Shown: positions 7,536 through 14,672 of the stretch, in pieces
Layout: the number at the start of each line of letters is the position of its first letter
How positions within the stretch are numbered: position 1 is the first letter of the stretch
Assembly (NCBI GenBank): GCA_051652765.1
Contig: JBOFUV010000108.1
Coordinates: 1 to 21,694 of the forward strand
Origin: Microcoleaceae cyanobacterium
GTDB lineage: Bacteria; Cyanobacteriota; Cyanobacteriia; Cyanobacteriales; Microcoleaceae
Direction: 5' to 3'
DNA length: 21,694 bases
The notes under the pieces: generated by a model
Databases searched by the model: none
What the model saw: the letters and a program-made list of their open reading frames with translations, nothing else
What the model was told of the DNA's origin: nothing
Program-made: the position numbers and the translations under genes

Positions 7536-9311
7536 CTACTGCTGATTAGCCACTTCACACCCAGAACTTGTAGTTGATTTAGATACTGTTAACGCTACCA
7601 TATGGGGAACTTCCCGTGGGGTGTACTTTTTCACCAAAGATTTCCCTTGATAGGCCAGAGACGTACTGGCTCCGGAATCGACCATCACAGCTTCTCGAAA
7701 TCCTGCCTGAGCTAAAATTTGCCCTAATGTCACTGAATCCACCCGTTCAGCAGAGACTCCAATCACAGGTCGGCCACTGCGATGAATTCCCCAAAATGCC
7801 CGATGACGAGCTGCATCAAATCCATACAAATTCCCAAATGTTGCTTCGGGCTGAGGTTGAAAATTTTTCACCAAGAACGCTGCGCCGACAAAAGCATCTG
7901 TTACGCCTGGTAACGCCTGTTGAATGCCTGTAAGGCTACCATGTCGATCAGGATCGAAAGCGATAAACTGTACCTGTTCAGGGCTAATTAAAATCAGAGG
8001 ACGATCTTTGAGTTTGGGATTCTCACTCCTGTTTCCCGGAAAAAATTGACCGGGATTCTGGCTGAGAACAGGGCCAACCATATTAGACGTTGAATGCTTC
8101 AGAGAAAAGAAGCCGCCATCAACCGCAGCAATAGCCTCTGTCTTTGCCAAAATCTCCTCCAAGGGATAGCGTTTATCTGCTAAAACCGTGATCGGCTGTC
8201 CCCCAGAAATTAAAGTCAAAGGAATCTCACCCAATGTCACCTCATGCTTCATCACTGGGGCATTAAAATCAAAACCCGTTTTCCAAGGTGGCAATTGTAA
8301 TCCTCCAGAAGCTTGTTCAATTGCCCGTTCAATTCCGGCCTGACCAAAGCGATCAATTGCTAGTAAACTTTTCGATTCGTTGCTAAAACGACTAATATTG
8401 TTCTCCATGGTTAAAGCAGCTTCATACCCTGCAACTTTCATCCAAGCACTCACCCGTTCATCATATTTTCCTTCTGGATAAGTAAAGTATCGGATTGGAA
8501 GATTCAGCCGATCTTCTAAGATTTTTTTAGATGCGATCACTTCCTGTTGAAGTTGCAGGTCAGAAACCTGAGTCAAATCTTTTGGGTGACTTAGACTATG
8601 AGAAACAATTGTAATTAATGGATTAGCTGCCATTTCTTTCAGGTGTTGCCAGGTCAAGGTGGATCGACCTGCTATTTTGCCATCAATTTTATCGGTATAG
8701 ATTGAAAATGCTGCCGGGTAATTATACTTTTTTAGCAGTGGATAAACGACTTCGTAATGACCCACATAGCCATCATCAAACGTCAAAACAATGGGTTTTT
8801 CAGGGAGAGATGATCCAGTTCTTAGGTGATCTACTAATTGCGTTAAGTTGATAGGGGTTAATCCATTCTCCTGAATGGCAGCTAGATGTTGCTCAAATGC
8901 CTCAATAGTGACATCAAAGGAAACCTGTTTCTTAGGTAAAATATCGTGGTACATCATCACTGGAACTCGTGCCAATCTAGCCTGATCATGAATAGTTGGC
9001 CAAGGACTAATATTGGCTTGAACGATAGCTTGAGTCCCAATTTGTTTAATTAAATGGGTTAATCCTAGCTCCGGATTTAGCAGTAAATTAGCAGCGGTGA
9101 ATAGCCAATCTTTTGTAGAGGGTGTTGAACTATTTAATTCCTGCTGAGAGCTAGATTGGGAGCTAAATTGAGAATTTGCTGTTTTACAAACTTTGGCAGG
9201 CTCTTGAGTAGAAGTCAAGGCAGATTTAGGAGCGGCAGAACTGGGTACAGAAAGCCCTACTAACAAACTGAGACTCAATCCTAAGTAAATTGGATGACGG
9301 CTGAATATCAT
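7536..9311 (-). CDS. Secreted polysaccharide deacetylase (CE4/NodB) fused to a phosphodiester glycosidase (NAGPA-like) domain
   Basis: Signal peptide; CE4 motifs VPVMMYHD, LTFDDGY, SHSLSHP, FTYPEG; NAGPA-like motifs AVDGGFF, RHRAFWG, DSGASTSL. Confidence 0.88.
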   Translation of the reverse strand: MIFSRHPIYLGLSLSLLVGLSVPSSAAPKSALTSTQEPAKVCKTANSQFSSQSSSQQELNSSTPSTKDWLFTAANLLLNPELGLTHLIKQIGTQAIVQANISPWPTIHDQARLARVPVMMYHDILPKKQVSFDVTIEAFEQHLAAIQENGLTPINLTQLVDHLRTGSSLPEKPIVLTFDDGYVGHYEVVYPLLKKYNYPAAFSIYTDKIDGKIAGRSTLTWQHLKEMAANPLITIVSHSLSHPKDLTQVSDLQLQQEVIASKKILEDRLNLPIRYFTYPEGKYDERVSAWMKVAGYEAALTMENNISRFSNESKSLLAIDRFGQAGIERAIEQASGGLQLPPWKTGFDFNAPVMKHEVTLGEIPLTLISGGQPITVLADKRYPLEEILAKTEAIAAVDGGFFSLKHSTSNMVGPVLSQNPGQFFPGNRSENPKLKDRPLILISPEQVQFIAFDPDRHGSLTGIQQALPGVTDAFVGAAFLVKNFQPQPEATFGNLYGFDAARHRAFWGIHRSGRPVIGVSAERVDSVTLGQILAQAGFREAVMVDSGASTSLAYQGKSLVKKYTPREVPHMVALTVSKSTTSSGCEVANQQ

Positions 9312-9450
9312 GAATATTACTTTAAGCTTTGAAACTTTATGAGTTAAGCATCCTGCCTGACTTAGATAGCCAAGATGGGTCTCAATTGAAGCAGTTTAAG
9401 TTCTTGGTATGGGTTAAATAAACTTTAAAAAGTAGGTTAATCAGGTTAAG

Positions 9451-9601
9451 GGCGTTGCTGAACTGAGGGATGAATCTGTTGAACCCTATAATGCTACATT
9501 GCTCCTTTATCTTAAGGGGGACTTTGAGAAATCTGGCTCCCCCAGAATTGGGGGCCGGGGGGCGCAGTTGATGGGGACTTTGATCGCCTTTAAGCAACGC
9601 C
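9451..9601. mobile_element. MITE, 151 bp, with terminal inverted repeats and 9-bp target-site duplication
   Basis: Left end GGCGTTGCTGAA, right end TTAAGCAACGCC (11/12 complementary). Flanks CAGGTTAAG (9442-9450) and AAGGTTAAG (9602-9610). Internal GC palindrome CCCCCA-GAAT-TGGGGG. Confidence 0.82.
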
Positions 9602-9699
9602 AAGGTTAAGAATCAAAGTTCAGAGCAACTGAGCTTGAAATGCAGCTACCTTTGGCTAGTAAATACGGTAGGTTCACCTTTTTCCCTCTAAACGACCGA

Positions 9700-9723
9700 A
9701 CCCTGCCACTACGAGGGCAGGGT
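9700..9723 (-). terminator. Stem-loop downstream of the ABC1 kinase gene, possible terminator
   Basis: ACCCTGCC-N8-GGCAGGGT perfect 8-bp stem 28 bp after the stop; U-tract is weak. Confidence 0.4.
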
Positions 9724-9751
9724 AGCAAAATCTGACTGCAGGAAATCCATC

Positions 9752-11530
9752 CTACATTCGATCAAGACGATCAATCCGCTGAAGTAACCGAAAAAAAGCA
9801 AACCCCATCAAGAGAGCTAAAAACAATAAAACTAGAGCTAGACCCACTTTATTGCTGATCAAGAGCAAAGTTGCAGACAACGTAAATGCACCAATCAGTA
9901 GGGCATAGTTTGTGCTCATTTGCATGGTGCTAACCCGTCGCAGGGCTCGATCCGTCTCTGTAGCACGAATTCGCATTCGCAGATCACCCTGTTCAAGCCG
10001 ATCCAGGGTATCATCAATGCGTCGAGGCAAGCCCAAGGCCGTAGAGCTGACCTGAGCCGCCTGCCTTCCTAATTCATTAAACAGACTATTCGCAGTTTCT
10101 GGGACATTTGCATTTGACATAAGCTGCATCGCAAACGGTTGAGCGACCTCCATAAAGTTGAACTCAGGATCTAGTCCTTTTCCAACGCCCTCAAGAGTTG
10201 AGAACGCCCGCATGACAAACGTAAACGTTGCTGGAAATCGAAACGGTTGATCGTAAGCAATCTCATACAAATCATCACTGATGGCAGCAACTGACTGTTG
10301 CTCAAAGGGCTTGTCCATAAAGTTATTCAGCATGTACTGAACCGATCGGCGCACAGCCCCCATATCCCCAGTTGGGACTAAGGCCCCAATGTCAACCAGG
10401 GATTTTACCACCCGATCCGCATCTTTCTGAGCAATGCCAAACAGGGTTTCCATCAGCCGTTCCCGCAGATTGGACGTAATCTGCCCCATCATACCGAAGT
10501 CATAAAAAATCAGTTGTCCCTCTGGACTTACCGCCAAGTTGCCGGGATGGGGATCAGCATGAAAAAAGCCATCATTCAGCAGTTGCCGAAGATAGGCTTC
10601 AGCGCCCATCTGAGCTAATCTACGGCGGTCTAACCCAGAAGCTTCAATCGCCTCATAGTTGCTAATTTTAATCCCCGGAACATACTCTAAGGTCAAAATT
10701 CGAGGCGAAGAGTACTGCCAGAACACTCTCGGAACCTTAACCCATTCACACTCTCGGAAGTTTCGTCGAAAGGTATCTGCATTGCGGCCCTCAGCCAAGT
10801 AGTCAATTTCCAGCCATAAAATTCGACAACACTCTTCGTAGATTCCCATCCAGTCACGGCCTCGGCCCCAATCTGGATGATTCTGAAAATAACGAGCAAT
10901 TCCTTTCAAAATCGCAAGGTCAACTTCAAAAAGCCTCTTCAGCCCAGGTCGCTGAACTTTAACAACAACCTCTGCCCCTGAGTGTAGTTTGGCCTTATGA
11001 ACTTGACCTAAACTTGCCGCCGCTAGAGGAATGGGCTCAAAGTGCCGAAACAATTGAGAAACAGGTTTGCCAAAGTCCTGTTGAATAATTTCTTCGCCCT
11101 GTTCGTAGCTAAAAGCAGGAACTTTATCTTGCAGCTTTGAAAGCTCTTCGACATATTCCTTGGGGAATAGATCAGCCCGAGTCGAAAACAGTTGGCCCAG
11201 CTTAATAAACGTTGGCCCAAGTTCTAGCAGACCTTCCCGCACCCAAATGGCCTGGGCACGTCGTCGTGCTAGCTTGTTTTCCTCAATGTAGCCTCCTCGA
11301 TAGCTCCAAGGCTTCCCATCAATCCACAACCAAGCCAACCAGGTTAAGACAAAAGCCCAAATATCTAGGGAACGCCGCTGTCGAGAGTAGTTTTTCCGAT
11401 TCCAGCGATAGACCCGATCTCGCTTTGATCTTGAGGAGGTCAATGAAACAGATGATCCACTAGTACTACGGTCACCGCGTTGCTGAGAATGGATCGAATC
11501 TTCGAAAGGAGCAGCCACTCGAGTATCCAA
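9752..11530 (-). CDS. AarF/ABC1/UbiB family atypical protein kinase
   Basis: LGPTFIKLGQLFSTRADL, PLAAASLGQVH, VVVKVQRPG, FFHADPHPGN, YDFGMMG, two C-terminal TM helices. Exact start (TTG) uncertain. Confidence 0.95.
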   Translation of the reverse strand: MDTRVAAPFEDSIHSQQRGDRSTSGSSVSLTSSRSKRDRVYRWNRKNYSRQRRSLDIWAFVLTWLAWLWIDGKPWSYRGGYIEENKLARRRAQAIWVREGLLELGPTFIKLGQLFSTRADLFPKEYVEELSKLQDKVPAFSYEQGEEIIQQDFGKPVSQLFRHFEPIPLAAASLGQVHKAKLHSGAEVVVKVQRPGLKRLFEVDLAILKGIARYFQNHPDWGRGRDWMGIYEECCRILWLEIDYLAEGRNADTFRRNFRECEWVKVPRVFWQYSSPRILTLEYVPGIKISNYEAIEASGLDRRRLAQMGAEAYLRQLLNDGFFHADPHPGNLAVSPEGQLIFYDFGMMGQITSNLRERLMETLFGIAQKDADRVVKSLVDIGALVPTGDMGAVRRSVQYMLNNFMDKPFEQQSVAAISDDLYEIAYDQPFRFPATFTFVMRAFSTLEGVGKGLDPEFNFMEVAQPFAMQLMSNANVPETANSLFNELGRQAAQVSSTALGLPRRIDDTLDRLEQGDLRMRIRATETDRALRRVSTMQMSTNYALLIGAFTLSATLLLISNKVGLALVLLFLALLMGFAFFRLLQRIDRLDRM

Positions 11531-11633
11531 AATCTTGGCTCTGAAAAAACAACTAGTCTAACTAAACTGAACTAAATTAACTGAAGATCTTAAAACTTGA
11601 AATAGATCTCTGGAAGTAGAGTTCTACTCACTA

Positions 11634-11963
11634 CTAAGCATGGTTCCGGTAACGTTGCAGCTCTGAACGCAATTGAGCCACCTCTGCCCGCAACTCATCG
11701 ATGGTAGCTTGCAAATCTGTAGGCCGAGAATAAATGCCAGAGTCTACAAAGCGAGAGGCTGAAGGATCGGGTGTTGCCATTTGCGCTTCCCGGTCAGCCC
11801 GTGCCACCACCTGCTCAGTAAACTGCCGTAGGCGTTCCCGCTGCTCAGCATCAAATTTCCCTAGCTCACTTAAGGTATTGGTAAAGATATTTTCTAGCTG
11901 CTCGTAAACACCTTCAGCAACAGCTCGGCCCACAAAGAAAGCATCAACGGCTGGCTTAGTCAT
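11634..11963 (-). CDS. Conserved cyanobacterial coiled-coil protein (DUF6825-like) upstream of the ABC1 kinase
   Basis: AFFVGRAVAE...LSELGKFDAEQRERLRQFTEQV...DLQATIDELRAEVAQLRSELQRYR. ATG 11963 preferred over the ORF-track start 12083. Confidence 0.85.
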   Translation of the reverse strand: MTKPAVDAFFVGRAVAEGVYEQLENIFTNTLSELGKFDAEQRERLRQFTEQVVARADREAQMATPDPSASRFVDSGIYSRPTDLQATIDELRAEVAQLRSELQRYRNHA

Positions 11964-12104
11964 AAAATTTTTACTCACTAATTTTTGATAACTTCCGTAA
12001 CAAATTATAACTGCTCTGGCTCTCCTCTCACAGTCTGTTGCTTTATTTAAAACAAAAAAGTATGAACTTAACCCCTTGAGCAAGGGGGTAAATCGTGATC
12101 CTAG

Positions 12105-13982
12105 TCATGAGGTTGAATCCAAGGGTTGCACATCTTTCTGATATTCCCAGTTGGAGCTTCGACCGGGAGTGTCAGCAGGAGGCAGAGAATCAGGGTCATT
12201 TGGAATGTAGAGTTCAGGGTTTGGATTGTAATCTGAGGGATTGGGTAACGGAATCGGCGGTAACTTTTGTGGCAGTTCAGACGGATCGTACTCGAACTGA
12301 TTAGGCGCAGAAATTACATCGGGTTCGGGCAAAGGCTCGGCTCGGTCAGGGGTCTGATTCCCTTGAGGCAACGGCGGCAAATCCTCAGGGGTCAAGTCTC
12401 TGAGGGGATAGAGGGCATCCGGAGAGTACAAATCCCGAGCCGGTCGAATATTCCGGGTTTCCTCAACGGGGGTCGGATCTAACGATTCAGGAGTTTCAAG
12501 CTCGAGGGTCGAGTCGGGGCGTTCAGGTAAATCCGGGCTACTCGGAGCGGTTGAGTCTTTGGAAGTCTCCAAGGATTCGGGCTCTGCTAAGGTCGAAGGA
12601 GACACATCAACATTGGGAGTATTTTCTGGATCTTTTCCTAAATCGTCTTGCCCCGCTTCAGGTTCAGGATTATCCCGGTTGCCATGATCAAAATCCCGTT
12701 CCCCTTGAAACCGAAATAAAGGTCGATTCCGTTGGCGGATCACAGAAGGATCTTCAAACATTGGTTTGGAGGGATCGTAGTTCGGGAGCCGATCGCCAAT
12801 CGACTGCCGCGACAAAATTGCCTTTGGAGCAAGGGTACGGCTATAAAATCGCGTAAAGGCAAACCCTAGCCATCCAGAAAACAAAGCCGTGAAGACAAAC
12901 AAACCCAGTACCATCTTCCAAGACTGAGGGATCTGAACCAGTTGGGCGGGAAAGTCTTGCTTTAAACCAGAATGGGTTTGATCCGTTGAAGGTTGCTGAA
13001 AAATCGGCTCAAGGGCACTCACTGGATTTGTTGCCCCGGCAACCGATTCTAGGTTGACTTTTAGGTTGACGGCCTGAGGGAAAGCTGCTTTCCCAGATTC
13101 TGACTCTAGATCAGGGGTGAGGTCAGGAAGTTGAGGGAAGAGAGATAACCATTGCTCAACGGTCTGAGGTCGGTGCTGCTGTTCTAGTTCTAAACCCCAA
13201 AAGATCAAACGTTCAACCGCAGGACTGAGGGATGGGTGGAGAGATTGTAGACTGGGCTTGGACTGACTTAACAGGGTTCGAGTGGCTTGACTGACCAACA
13301 GAGGCGCTTCTAGGGGAGGTTTCCCAACGAGTAGGGTGTAAAAAATTGCTGCCAAGCTGTAAATGTCGGTTGCAGGACTCAGGGGCTCATGGGGTAGATA
13401 TTGTTCAATGGCGGCATATCCTCCTAACAAACTCCGGTGACGAATCGGAGACTGATCTGAACCTTGAATCAGTTCACTAACAAGCCCAAACCCAGTCAAA
13501 ACCATATGCTGAGCCTTGGGCCATTTCATCACAACCCTTGGACAAAGGGCACAGTGAAGAACACCTTGTCGATGGATCGCACCAAGGGCAGAGGCAATCT
13601 GCTTCACAATAGCAGTAGCTTGGTGAACGGCCATAGGAGATTGATTCTGAAGTGAATCTTCCAAAGTTTGCCCTGAGATTTTCTCTAGGACAACAAACGG
13701 CAACCCCCGATCCTCAAATACCTCTAGCACTTTTGCCAGATGAGGGTGACGACACCGACTGATGCGCTGCGCGATCGCCTTGAAGTGAAAGTGAAGTTGG
13801 GCAAAATCGGGCCGATGACGCAACTGAGGATTGAGAGTCTTGATGACAACGGGCTGTCCTTGTAAAAGACAAACGCCTTGGTAAACCAACTCAAACTCGC
13901 TCCGATGGAGCAAGCTGTGGAGGATATATTTCCCATTTTGGAGTTTTACTTCAGTTTTTGAATCCGTGGGTATGACTGTCAA
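12105..13982 (-). CDS. Hanks-type Ser/Thr kinase-like membrane protein (probable pseudokinase) with Pro-rich C-terminus
   Basis: VVIK, HPHLAKV, GYAAIEQY, PATDIYSLAA, RPQTVEQWL, one TM helix. HRD reads HCA and DFG reads GFG. TTG start with GGGGGA upstream. Confidence 0.9.
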   Translation of the reverse strand: MTVIPTDSKTEVKLQNGKYILHSLLHRSEFELVYQGVCLLQGQPVVIKTLNPQLRHRPDFAQLHFHFKAIAQRISRCRHPHLAKVLEVFEDRGLPFVVLEKISGQTLEDSLQNQSPMAVHQATAIVKQIASALGAIHRQGVLHCALCPRVVMKWPKAQHMVLTGFGLVSELIQGSDQSPIRHRSLLGGYAAIEQYLPHEPLSPATDIYSLAAIFYTLLVGKPPLEAPLLVSQATRTLLSQSKPSLQSLHPSLSPAVERLIFWGLELEQQHRPQTVEQWLSLFPQLPDLTPDLESESGKAAFPQAVNLKVNLESVAGATNPVSALEPIFQQPSTDQTHSGLKQDFPAQLVQIPQSWKMVLGLFVFTALFSGWLGFAFTRFYSRTLAPKAILSRQSIGDRLPNYDPSKPMFEDPSVIRQRNRPLFRFQGERDFDHGNRDNPEPEAGQDDLGKDPENTPNVDVSPSTLAEPESLETSKDSTAPSSPDLPERPDSTLELETPESLDPTPVEETRNIRPARDLYSPDALYPLRDLTPEDLPPLPQGNQTPDRAEPLPEPDVISAPNQFEYDPSELPQKLPPIPLPNPSDYNPNPELYIPNDPDSLPPADTPGRSSNWEYQKDVQPLDSTS

Positions 13983-14080
13983 ATATTCCCCCTGTGGGTT
14001 TCACCTAGACCGATTTGTTCAGAAACGTCAACACTTCCCCTGTTGATTTGCTACAACTCTGAAGAATTGTAACCCATAAG

Positions 14081-14360
14081 GAACGTGCCTGAGAACCACT
14101 GTCTTGAAAGCAGTGGATGAAAGGCAGGGCTATCCTTATCCAAATTGAGATTCTCAAATTGACCGGAATTCCGAAGTGATTGCTTGGAGAACTTGAAGGG
14201 ATTGTGCTCTACAAAAGCAAGTGGATAGCCTAATCCGCTCTTGAGAGCGCACTATTTATTTGGGGCGTGACCACGATCCTTGGAACGTTTCTGCAACAGG
14301 AGAGTCTGAATCAATCAATACATCGAAATCAAAGAAGGGTTCGGGCGCAACAGCCTTTTA
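14081..14360 (+). mobile_element. Orphan structured non-coding element with IS200/IS605-like subterminal hairpin (candidate non-autonomous element or ncRNA)
   Basis: Nested inverted repeats: TGCCT..CCACTG-TCTTGAAAG-CAGTGG..AGGCA; GGCTATCC/GGATAGCC (14128-35/14223-30); TTGCTT/AAGCAA; CGCTC-TTGA-GAGCG. No ORF. Family assignment is by resemblance only. Confidence 0.45.
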
Positions 14361-14369
14361 CTCTATTTC

Positions 14370-14434
14370 CATAAATCAATCTCATAAATTAATCTCATAA
14401 ATCAATCTCATAAATTAATCTCATAAATTAATCT
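14370..14434. repeat. Tandem repeat 5 x 13 bp (CATAAATYAATCT)
   Basis: Units start at 14370, 14383, 14396, 14409 and 14422. Confidence 0.95.
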
Positions 14435-14620
14435 CACAAGTTATTTGGGATTACTCTTTGAAGCGTGAACCCTGCGCCACAGATATCTCATCCATCATTA
14501 CGAGTTGCTACCGATCAAAACTACTACAGAGAGTTGTAAATTTCCTATAGGATGGACTAGCACAACCGATGCTGCTTTAGTCATAGTTCAAGTTGAGTTG
14601 CTCTATCGATTGTTAAATCC

Positions 14621-14672
14621 CTAAACTAAAAATCTAAGCTAAAAATCTAAACTAAAAACCTAAACTAAGAAT
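14621..14672. repeat. Tandem repeat 4 x 13 bp (consensus CTAAACTAAAAAT), running into the ATG of the VIT-vWA gene
   Basis: Units start at 14621, 14634, 14647 and 14660, each within one mismatch of the consensus. Confidence 0.92.

Noticed and set aside
9382..9603. 73-aa minus-strand ORF
   Set aside because: Mostly a chance translation of the MITE.
11964..12083. N-terminal extension of the coiled-coil protein in the ORF track
   Set aside because: AT-rich leader-like sequence; the conserved protein begins at ATG 11963.
14081..14360. Group I intron or IStron
   Set aside because: No recognisable P7/R/S core motifs and no interrupted host gene.
14370..14434. CRISPR array
   Set aside because: Units are directly adjacent with no unique spacers.
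14435..14550. Remnant of an IscB/IsrB/TnpB ORF after the structured element
   Set aside because: The only longer + strand frame (DYSLKREPCATDISS...) has no start codon and no PLMP, RRXRR or HTH motif.
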